DNA of 64,000 bases from Macrostomum lignano (taxonomy: Eukaryota): contig NIVC01001165.1 in assembly GCA_002269645.1 (NCBI GenBank), positions 96,261 through 160,260 on the forward strand. Reading direction: 5' to 3'. Below, one piece after another: positions 53,774 through 64,000 of this stretch. A program made the position numbers and the translations under genes. The notes beneath the pieces were generated by a model, which was given only the letters and a program-made list of their open reading frames with translations, had not been told where the DNA came from and made no database searches. Numbering within the stretch: position 1 is the first letter of the stretch; each line of letters begins with the position of its first letter.

Positions 53774-54640
53774 ATGTCTCTGCCTGTTCACCAGGGTGCC
53801 TCTGCCGGACCGAAGTCCTGGCTGCGGTGGATCAGAATGCTGCTCAGACGAAGCCCAGTCAGGGCGGTGCTCCTGCTGTGCGGTTTGGCGCTGGCTCTGC
53901 TTGCTGCAGCCGATCTGGCAAGGAGTTCCTGGGCAGCTGAGCCAAATGGCATTCTAGGCGACGAGTCTGCTCAGCTGGATAAATTCAGGTGAGCAGATTT
54001 AGGTGATGCCTGAGCACTTGAAATAGTACCGTATATAAATATGGCTCTAAAAGCTCTACAAGGGTTTTTTGCCTAGTGGTCAGAGCGTCGAACTCACGAC
54101 TGAAAGGTGTCCCGGAAATTAGAATTAGTGTCCCGGAACAAAACACTTAACTTTGCATTGCTTCAGTTCACCCAGCTGTAAAATGGGTGCCAGCATTGGC
54201 ACGCAGCCTTCAGACGCGCCGCGCAACAGCTGCGGCTGGGCTATCGGTTGCACATCTACCAATTAGGCCAGGTGTAATAAATACAATAGTAGTAATCGCA
54301 ATTAATGAAGCATATATTTTCTCCCGAGTTCATTTAGTAGCAGCTAGCCAGTAAGAGGGCGCAGGCTGCAGTGTGCTTGGTTTCGTAGATTTATTGACAT
54401 GCTAATATAAAAAGCTACCAGATCCACAGGTATCAAAAGAAACCATAAAAAGCATTCGTCAAAGTCCTACATAAGAATAATCGTAGTTTTGCATATCATA
54501 TCTGCCAATGACTTCAAGCGATTCGCTCCCGTGGGTACATCTGTTTGCAGAGCAGCCGATTCGCAAGGACGTCTTCCTGCTCAGGCGTTTCCAAATGGCA
54601 CCAAAATCACTGAGAAAGACTTCGAAGAAGTTCAATTTAT
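53774..54640 (+). pseudogene. Duplicated 5' exon pair (1a, 2a) of DUF229 copy C; exon 2a donor mutated
   Basis: Exon 1a 53774-53988 (215 nt, GTGAGC donor) and exon 2a 54551-54640 (90 nt) are paralogous to 58017-58231 and 58418-58507. After exon 2a the sequence is TTGAGTGC rather than GTGAGTGC. Confidence 0.75.
54068..54292 (+). mobile_element. SINE family A copy (tRNA head, CORE-like body)
   Basis: gcctagtggtcagagcgtcgaactcacgactgaaagg (tRNA-like), then acacttaactttgcattgcttcagttcacccagctgtaaaatgggtgccagca. Confidence 0.75.
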
Positions 54641-55249
54641 TTGAGTGCAAATTCTGAATTATATAATAGCCTTTTGCATTCCACTAGATAAAAACTTTAT
54701 TTTGTTCTTATCCTACAAGGTAAAATTTCAGTTAAAAATTTTCTATTGAGGGCAATGTTTTCAAATTTACACAAGCTAGGCGCTTGGTCTATAGAAAACA
54801 GCTGATTGACACATCAGCTTGAAGACAGAGACGCGCCAAAGTAAAATTTTCTTTCATACCTCGTCGATGGCATTCCCATGCCGCTTTTCAGTTAAGCCAT
54901 TTTGAATTGCAAAACGCACCGAAAAGAATGGCGGCTCGTTATAAGTTGCAGCCAGGGGTTCCTTGGTCGATGCAGGTGGTGGTCCTTGACAACCTCAATC
55001 ACAGATATTCACAATTCAGTAAAGGACGATCATTTCATTTCAAACTTCAAGCTTAAACAAAACTCCCCATTTTTCTTCAATCACTTCTACGATTTCTCGA
55101 AGGCCCATAAGATTGAAAATTGTAAAGCACTTTCAAGTCCCTATCGATCAGTGGACTACCTGATGCACTGCTTGGCTCTTAAACCGAGTCATAAAACTGG
55201 GTAGCACAACCTTCTCTACGCTAATAAATTTTAGTATTGCCCCTGCCAC

Positions 55250-55825
55250 CCATCTACCCCTGCTACTCAACTGCAACCCCTGCTACTTAACTGCAACCCA
55301 GATGCTACTCAACTGCAACCCCTGCTACTCAACTGCAACCCCTGCTACTCAACTGCAACCCCTGCTACTCAACTGCAACCCCTGCTACTTAACTGCAACC
55401 CAGATGCTACTCAACTGCAACCCCTGCTACTCAACTGCAACCCCTGCTACTCAACTGCAACCCAGATGCTACTCAACTGCAACCCAGATGCTACTCAACT
55501 GCAACCCCTGCTACTCAACTGCAACCCCTGCTACTCAACTGCAACCCCTGCTACTTAACTGCAACCCCTGCTACTCAACTGCAACCCCTGCTACTTAACT
55601 GCAACCCCTGCTACTCAACTGCAACCCCTGCTACTCAACTGCAACCCCTGCTACTTAACTGCAACCCAGATGCTACTCAACTGCAACCCCTGCTACTCAA
55701 CTGCAACCCCTGCTACTCAACTGCAACCCAGATGCTACTCAACTGCAACCCAGATGCTACTCAACTGCAACCCCTGCTACTCAACTGCAACCCCTGCTAC
55801 TCAACTGCAACCCCTGCTACTTAAC
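55250..55825. repeat. 20-bp minisatellite (ctactcaactgcaacccctg)
   Basis: About 28 units. Confidence 0.95.
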
Positions 55826-56269
55826 TTTTCTATTAGTGTTCAAATTATACTGAAAAAATGGCTTTCTTAAAATGGGTCAGTAGCTTAGTAAGCAATTCTG
55901 CTTTTACTAAATGGAATACGATTAAATTTGACAAGTTAATACAATTATCAATGTGAATCAGTTAAATGCGATATTTGTCTGCAATAGTCGCAAACAGGGC
56001 AGATTTCTGTGGACACAACACTAAATCAGATAACGTATTTGCTGGGTTGATGGGCAGAATATAACCAACTAGACATGTAAACCGTGTATCTACATGTATT
56101 TACCACCGGCACGAATCTGCACCCTTTTGACTCGACGGATTCATGTTCTTTCCTGTTCCAGATGTTACGCATCTATTTGAATCTGTAACAAATTTTGGCT
56201 GTGCTTCCAGCGAATTTTAGCTGTATGTTTGAAGCTTACGAGAAAATTATCATTGACACATTGCCGAGA

Positions 56270-57480
56270 CTCATTGGTGCCTCAAAATCCGTCATCTAAG
56301 ATACTCATCGGTGCCCCGAAATCCATCATCCAAGTGTCCCAAAACCTATCATTGAAGAGACGCATTGGTGCCCCAAAATCCAGCATCCAAGTGACTCATC
56401 GGTGCCCCAAAATCCATCATCCAAGAGACTCATCGGTGCCCCAAAATCCATCTTCCAAGTGACTCATTGGTGCCTCAAAATCCATCATTCAAGTGACTCA
56501 TCGGTGCCCCAAAATCCATCATCCTAGTGACTCATCCGTGCCCCAAAATCCATCATTCAAGTGACTCATCCGTGCCCCAAAATCCATCATTCAAGTGACT
56601 CATCCGTGCCCCAAAATTCATCATCAAAGTGACTCATTGGTGTCCCAAAACCTATCATCCAAATGACTCATTGGTGCCCCAAAATCCATCATTCAAGTGA
56701 CTCATCCGTGCCCCAAAATTCATCATCAAAGTGACTCATTGGTGTCCCAAAACCTATCATCCAAATGACTCATTGGTGCCCCAAAATCCATCATTCAAGT
56801 GACTCATCCGTGCCCCAAAATTCATCATCAGAGTGACTCATCGGTGCCCCAAAATCCATCATCCAAGTGACTCATCGGTGCCCCTAAATCCATCATCCAA
56901 GAGACGCATTGGTGCCTCAAAATCCATCATCCAAGTGACTCATTGGTGCCCCAAAATTCATCATCCAAGTGACTCATTTGTACTTCAAAATCCATCATCC
57001 TAGTGACTCATTGGTGCCCCAAAATCCATCATCCAAGTGACTCATCGGTGCCCTAAAATTCATCATCAAAGTGACTCATTGGTGTCCCAAAACCTATCAT
57101 CAAAGTGACTCATCGGTGCCCCTAAATCCATCATCCAAGAGACGCATTGGTGCCTCAAAATCCATCATCCAAGAGACGCATTGGTGTTTCAAAATCCATC
57201 ATCCTAGTGACTCATTGGTGCCTCAAAATCCATCATCCTAGTGACTCATTGGTGCCTCAAAATCCATCATCCTAGTGACTCATTGGTGCCTCAAAATCCA
57301 TCATCCTAGTGACTCATCGGTGCCTCAAAATCCATCATCCTAGTGACTCATTGGTGCCTCAAAATCCATCATCCAAGAGACTCATTGGTGCCTCAAAATC
57401 CATCATCCTAGTGACTCATCGGTGCCTCAAAATCCATCATCTAAGAGACGCATTGTTGCCTCAAAATCATTAGCCAAGTG
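56270..57480. repeat. 34-bp minisatellite (gtgactcattggtgccccaaaatccatcatccaa)
   Basis: About 35 units, most containing TGACTCA. Confidence 0.95.
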
Positions 57481-58016
57481 ACCCATCGCCACAAATGGTG
57501 CTATACTTGGAGAAGCCAACAGCTACAATATATGCATACTTTACACAGTCATTAGTAATATGGTTGACTGTAGTTTGCCGCCTGCACTTGTGTTTAACAT
57601 AATTGCGCCATTATTCAGAAGTGAAGGAACTACACCAAAGTCTGATGTAGTAACACTTCCAACGTTGGCTGGGCCTCCAACTTTTGCTGCAGTGGTTAAG
57701 GGCTACGAAGAATTGGCTGCATGAGGGAAGTGTCGAGTTTCAATACTGGCCAATGCTGTTCCGTACGTGTGCTGATACAGCAACACCAGACGAAACGCAG
57801 GTCTGTCTCTCGTGCAGCCAAACCCGGTCTGGGAGTGGCGCGGGCTCTGTCCACACCCAGCCAATTATCAGCCTTTGCGATCTGGGCTGAAACGCACAGC
57901 TGCGGTCGGTTTAGAAATCCGCCGAACTGCTTTACCCTGCGTAGTTCAAGTACAACTTGTGGTAAGCTAAGCGGATAAAACTTAAGCTGTTGGTTGCTGC
58001 CTGTCTGTTCCAAGTG

Positions 58017-61000
58017 ATGCACGGACTCTCGCACAAGAGCCAGTCTGCCAGCCTGAAGTCCTGGCTGCGGTTGTTGAGAATGGTGTGCAGAAGAAAGTCA
58101 GTCAGGGCGGTGCTCCTGCTGTGCGGCTTGGCGCTGGCTCTGCTTGCAGCAGCCGACCTGACCAGAAAATTTAGAGGAGCCGCGCCGATTGACAGCCGAG
58201 GTGACGAGTTTGCTCAGTTGGAAAAATTCAGGTCAGCAGATTTCAGGTGTCTGAGCGCTTGGACTTAAAAGCGATTTTCAGAATTAACTTTTATAACTTT
58301 TAACAGATGCCTATTTCCGCCTAAGTCAGTTATTCTGCTGAGAATCACAGCAAATTTACTCAGAAATGACCCAGAAAAACAGCTCTCACAATCTCACCTG
58401 TGAATAATGGCTTGCAGAGCTGCGGACTCAAGTAAATTTCGTCCCAGTCGCAAGTTTTCGACCGGTTCCAAAATCACTGCGACAGATTTCGAAGAAATTC
58501 AATCGAGGTGAGTGCAGCTCATAAGTTCAAAATTCTTTGCCTATTAATTTTAACATAAGCCTGGAGAAACTGTATATGCAGCTGCAGACATTCTCTGCAT
58601 AAATTCTGAAGTTATAAGTCAAGGCTTATAGTAGGCTTACTAGGGAAATTGCTTAGGCGTCAAGACAAATAGAATTCACATAAATAATTTTTGTCCCCTT
58701 GCTTATTGGGTGCCCTTGGGGCACCAGATTGCTAGTTAACCCCCAGTTTTGGGTTCGTCGGACCTTTAATCTGGCTCTTCTTTTCACATGGAAGTCCCAG
58801 TCAGGCTGTTCTTTTCACATGGAAGTCCCAGTCTGGCTGTTCTTTTCACATGGAAGTCCCAGTCTGGCTGTTCTTTTCACATGGAAGTCCCAGTCTGGCT
58901 GTTCTTTTCACATGGAAGTCCCAGTCTGGCTGTTCTTTTCACATGGAAGTCCCAGTCTGGCTGTTCTTTTCACATGGAAGTCCCAGTCTGGCTGTTCTTT
59001 TCACATGGAAGTCCCAGTCTGGCTCTTCTTTTCACATGGAAGTCCCAGTCTGGCTCTTCTTTTCACATGGAAGTCCCAGTCAGGCTCTTCTTTTCACATG
59101 GAAGTCCCAGTCTGGCTCTTCTTTTCACATGGAAGTCCCAGTCTAGCTATGGTCAAGATTCAAGTGAAATTTGTTCTCAGGCCTAAAGACCAGGCCTGAG
59201 AAAAGATTTCCAAGGACCGGTTTTCGAGACTGAGAGACGAAATGTATGTTTGAAACGAAACCATCATGAATAGCAATCTCTATCATTTTAAACTAACTTT
59301 TAAAGAATAACAGTGACGAAAAGTGATAAATTTAAAACATGAACGACATCCTTGATTGGCAAATGGTGGGTCCTTCCAGAACGAGTACTCTTTTTTAAGA
59401 ACAAAAGTGACATGGTGCTGAAGCATAGCGAAAAATCCTTCACAGTGCTCGCATTGTAATTACATAAATCCTTCTTACGCACTTTAAGGAAGAACCTCTT
59501 CATCGAAAAATTCCAATCACCGGGTGACCATTCCTCTAATTCACGAAGCACCAACAGGACGATAGTCTTACATGTACCTCGAAGTATGCTGTCCCGACGA
59601 ACAGTTCTCTATTCGTTGAACACGGCTAGAGCCTATTGTTCCTTGTGCCTAGTGCCATCAGGAATGGCGGATTGAATATTCTACTCAATATTGTCAGAAG
59701 ACAAATTGGCAAAGCGACCACTATGAGATGCACTTGATGTGGACACAGAAATGGTGCTAGACTGTGAATATACAACGCTAGACGATGAAATTTCGTTGAA
59801 AAATCGTCAAAACAGCCAAATTTTGAGAAATCTTCAAAATTTTCTGTTACTCTGCTGGTAACTACGATCCGATCTGGTCTGGACTATCTGCATGCTGGTA
59901 ATATCAAGTCGGGTAGGTCTCTCATCGCTGACATTTTGTCTGTAGTTAAAACCCTCAATGAAAAATGTATCAGTTTATTGGGGGTTAAATTTTATCACAC
60001 GCAATAAAAAGATCGTTCTATAGTTGAAAGCCCTCGGACGCTATTCTCTGGCCTCGGCCTCATAAAAACGCATCCTCGGACTTTCTTTTCCATAGAACGA
60101 TTTATTATCGCGTGTGATAGTATACTAAAATCGATTAATGGCGTATTTAACTAGGCCTTTCCTTTCCGTAGGAGCTAGTTCTCACCTTAGCGTAGTCTAT
60201 GGTCAGAATTTACATAACTGACCTCAACTTGAGTAAACGTCCTGGTAAACGATTTAGTTGGCCTCAATGCGTAGTTACTATCACGTAATGGTCATGATGT
60301 TGGCTATTATCTTTATCCTCTTCAGCGATGTGCTCAGCATGTTGGCGTCCACTGGCTTGGCAACTTTCGAATGTCACTGCATTCAACACCCGCTCCATAT
60401 GGCGTCCATGTCTCCTTCACCCTCCTTTTCTCTCCTTTCTATTTACTTGTGTTCGCTGCTAGCTTTAGTCACTAGAATTTAGTCTATGGTTGAATTACGC
60501 CTTCTCTTCCTGACCTTATCTTCGCCTCGCGCCTTACTCGGTTTCAGATTTTTTTATTTCCGCAAGGTTAATGAGAAAGGGCCATAAAGAACATAGCAGG
60601 CTGCGGTGAATTATTGATACAAGCAACTCACGCTGTCAGCGCGATAAGAAGGCCATGCAAGAGGCCTAAGCCTCATAAACCCTCAAGATAGGAAATGAAA
60701 CGGGCAAGATAGCTACTCAAATTCTAACGAAAAAACTAACAAATGTAGAATACCATTTGATGAAAATTGATGCAATTTATAAGCTGTACGAATGCTATTA
60801 CTGTCCAAATATCTCTAGAAAGCTTCACTGTTCACTCAAAATTATTTGTTAAATAGTTTGCGCAAAATGTGAATTGACCCGGTAAAACACAAATAGCGGA
60901 GTTATCCGAGCACCTGCATATACATCAACGCATAGAGTCACATATCAAGCTTTTTGTTAATTCTCGCAAACGAACAACTGCAGCTTGCCGAAGGAGACGA

Positions 61001-63021
61001 ACGGCTCAAGCAGGTGCACACCACCGGACCTGCAGCTGTACAGCCGGTTCATCAGAGATCGAAGGCCCGCCGTCATCCCGGCCGACCTGTGCAGCAAGCG
61101 GGGCAGCCCCAACTGGCTGCGGGTGTCGCAGTCCAGAGTGCAGCTGCTCAGCCAGTTTGCAGCGGCCAACTGCTCAGCAGAGCCCGTGCTCAGACTCGAC
61201 GATCACACCAGCAAGTTCGGCAGCGCTCAGCCAATCAGAAACGGCAGCGAGCTGCCCAGCCTGGGCTTCCGGGCGTCCTGCAGGTCGCCAGACGGCACGA
61301 AGCACAGCTCCGTGTACTACGGGACCAGGAGACTGCGGGACTCCCAGCTGCCCCCACTGAGGCCAGGCGACGCCAAGCGGGACAGTATCATCATTCTGGG
61401 ACTTGACTCGCTCTCCCGACTCGAGAGTCTGAGGTCTCTCGTCAATGCTAGCAGTCTGCTGAGAACACAGCTGGGAGCGCTCAGCCTCCTGCAGTACAAC
61501 ATCCTGGGAGACGGCACGCCGGCCGCTCTGGTGCCCATCCTCACCGGGACGAGGGAGTCCGACATGCCCGAAGCTCGCCGGGGCTTCAAGGGAGCTCGGC
61601 ATCTGGATGAGGTGATGCAGTTCATCTTCCACAAGCTGAAGGAGTTGGGCTACCTCACTCTGTATGGAGAGGAGGGCAGCAGCTTTGGTGAGGCTGTCTA
61701 ACAAGTTTGCGATTGTGAGTACACTGTCGTTCTTGGATGTCGCAAGTCATCCCGGATCTCCCGTAATTCTCGACTTTCAGGGACCTTCCAGCTGAGATTC
61801 CTGGGCTTCAAGAACGAGCCCGCCGACTTCTACCTGAGACCGGTGCTGCAGAAACAGGAGGCCCTCCAGTCTCATCACATCTGCATCGGAAACGAGGTGG
61901 CGCCTGCCAGAATGCTCACCGCCATCAAGGACATGTTCTCGATGTACCCTGACCGACCGAAGTTCGCCTTCAGCTTCTTCAGCTCGCTGTCTCACGAGAG
62001 CAAAGACCTCACTCCGATGGACGCTGAGCTGACCGACTTCCTGAAGTGGTTCGTCAGCGAGAACCTCATCAGCAACACGACTCTCATCCTGATGTCGGAC
62101 CACGGACAGAGACTCGGGCCGCTGAGGAACTCGATGCAGGGCAAGCTGGAGGAGTCGCTGCCGCTCATGACAGTCGCGCTGAGTCGACAGCTCGAGGCTC
62201 GGCTTCCTCGAGCTCGGCAGACTCTGGCGACCAACCGGAACCGACTGACGATTCCCACGGACATTCACCGGACTCTGCTGAGCATCGCTGGATCCGATGC
62301 GACCGCTGCTGCTGCTGCGGACAAGTTCAGGTCGTACTCGTTGATCGATGAGGAAGTTCCCGAGACCAGAGGCTGCTCAGACGCGGGCATCCCGGCTCAC
62401 TGGTGCTCGTGTCTGAGCTCTGAGAAGATGCAACATCCGGAGAGTGAGCAGCTGCCCGTGAGAGCTGCTCAGTTCGCTGTGGCGCAGATGAACCTCGCCA
62501 CGGCCGGCTTCCGGAACGCGTGCGCCGAGCTGCGGCTTGACAGCATCGGCGAAGCGGACGTGACGCGGGTGAGTTGGGCCTTTAAGTGCGGACCTTTTGG
62601 ATTTTTTACGCATTTTTATTGTTTTTATACGTCCAGGGATTTATTGTTGAAACAGAAACTCTTTTACAGAAGTCATTGAATCCAGTTGAAGACTATGAAT
62701 TGCATCGTTCTCTATTAGGCCAGCAACGACCTGGCTCAGAGGAAGCGCGGAATCGAGGGCCGTTTTGCGCTCACCACCACAGACCTGTCGGTTCGAGCCT
62801 CCGGTTACGTCACCAGCCGTTTCAGGACTTCGCCTAACGAAGGGCAGTACGAAGCCACAGTGCAGTTCACGCTGACCAGAAAAGGCTCAGAATTTCACCT
62901 GAATTTCGAGCAGCTGGGCGAGTCATCGAGGATCAATAAGTACGGAAGCCAGGCCGATTGTGTCGTTACTCGAGCACCTCACCTGAGGAAGTTTTGCTAT
63001 TGCTTAACTAATCAGCTGTGA
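58017..63021 (+). CDS. DUF229-family protein, copy C, about 699 aa
   Basis: Exons 58017-58231, 58418-58507, 60984-61687, 61781-62568, 62719-63021, GT-AG and phase-consistent (2100 nt). Same DUF229 motifs as copy A; it ends SRINKYGSQADC...LRKFCYCLTNQL*. Confidence 0.85.
58765..59148. repeat. 31-bp minisatellite (ggctgttcttttcacatggaagtcccagtct)
   Basis: About 12 units in DUF229 copy C intron 2. Confidence 0.95.
59993..60119. mobile_element. 127-bp hairpin MITE with TA flanks
   Basis: tatcacacgcaataaaaagatcgttctat ... atagaacgatttattatcgcgtgtgata, an imperfect inverted repeat of about 28 bp. Confidence 0.6.
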
Positions 63022-63295
63022 CCTGACCTGACCTGTGAGCTGTGACTTGTCTCATGAGTCTAACTTGAGTTTAGATGCTTGAGACATTTAGAAATTTTGA
63101 TCCTGTGAAAGCATCTCGCTAGGCCTAATTTAGGTATAGTGGAATTCATTTTGGCAATAATTTTATCGCGCTTGTGCCAATCAATATACATTGCTATAGT
63201 ATCATACTCAAGCTCAATTTGAGTCAATTTCACTTACAAGTCAGTTGCTTATGCATTTACTCATTGAGGTTTGGTGAGGTGGGGTTAAATGTAAA

Positions 63296-64000
63296 CTGAG
63301 TCAGTCAGTCAGTCAGTCAGTCAGTCAGTCAGTCAGTCAGTCAGTCAGTCAGTCAGTCAATCAGTCAGTCAGTCAGTCAGTCAGTCAGTCAGTCAGTCAG
63401 TCAGTCAGTCAGTCAGTCAGTCAGTCAGTCACCCACTCACTCAAGTCAGTCAGTCAGTCAGTCAGTCAGTCAGTCACCCACTCACTCAAGTCAGTCAGTC
63501 AGTCAGTCAGTCAGTCAGTCAGTCAGTCAGTCAGTCAGTCAGTCAGTCAGTCAGTCAGTCAGTCAGTCAGTCAGTTAGTCAGTCAGTCAGTCAGTCAGTC
63601 AGTCAGTCAGTCAGTCAGTCAGTCAGTCAGTCAGTCAGTCAGTCAGTCAGTCAGTCAGTCAGTCAGTTAGTCAGTTAGTCAGTTAGTCAGTCAGTCAGTC
63701 AGTCAGTCAGTCAGTCAGTCAGTCAGTCAGTCAGTTAGTCAGTCAGTCAGTCAGTCAGTCAGTCAGTCAGTCAGTCAGTCAGTCAGTCAGTTAGTCAGTC
63801 AGTCAGTCAGTCAGTCAGTCAGTCAGTCAGTCAGTTAGTCAGTCAGTCAGTCAGTCAGTCAGTCAGTCAGTCAGTCAGTCAGTTAGTCAGTCAGTCAGTC
63901 AGTCAGTCAGTCAGTCAGTTAGTCAGTCAGTCAGTCAGTCAGTCAGTCAGTTAGTCAGTCAGTCAGTCAGTCAGTCAGTCAGTCATCCACTCACTCAAGT
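63296..64000. repeat. (CAGT)n microsatellite, about 700 bp, running to the window end
   Basis: Directly visible, with occasional TAGT variants and cacccactcactcaagt interruptions. Confidence 0.98.

Noticed and set aside
59300-59554. 84-aa ORF, possible transposase fragment
   Set aside because: No recognisable family motif.

Overview
This is eukaryotic (animal) genomic DNA, with GC-rich spliced exons, AT-rich spacers and introns filled with minisatellites. The style suggests a free-living flatworm such as Macrostomum, but that is inference only. Gene models were rebuilt by hand from GT-AG junctions with phase checks. They are: the last exon of GDP-L-fucose synthase (+); a 6-exon calmodulin-like gene (-); a SIMPL/IRAK1BP1 gene (+); a PAN-like plus fibrinogen-domain gene with an in-frame TGA (+); an intronless, divergent ZIP transporter (+); a 9-exon holocarboxylase synthetase gene (+); and a DUF229 cluster. 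The cluster has two complete inverted paralogs, one truncated copy and one duplicated 5' exon pair. Mobile DNA includes a decayed P/THAP9-type transposase, an RTE-type LINE, a CCHC-tail LINE remnant, tRNA-derived SINEs and MITEs. The most unusual item is a 279-bp element with terminal inverted repeats and an 8-bp target duplication. It carries a decayed piece of 28S rDNA spanning the R2/I-PpoI/Pokey target site, and that site is the part that is disrupted. Other highlights are apparent gene conversion between the inverted DUF229 genes, a tandem array of Pol III B-boxes in an intron, and a sense-strand branch-point-like core shared by many unrelated intronic minisatellites. Family assignments rest on remembered motifs; no database searches were run.
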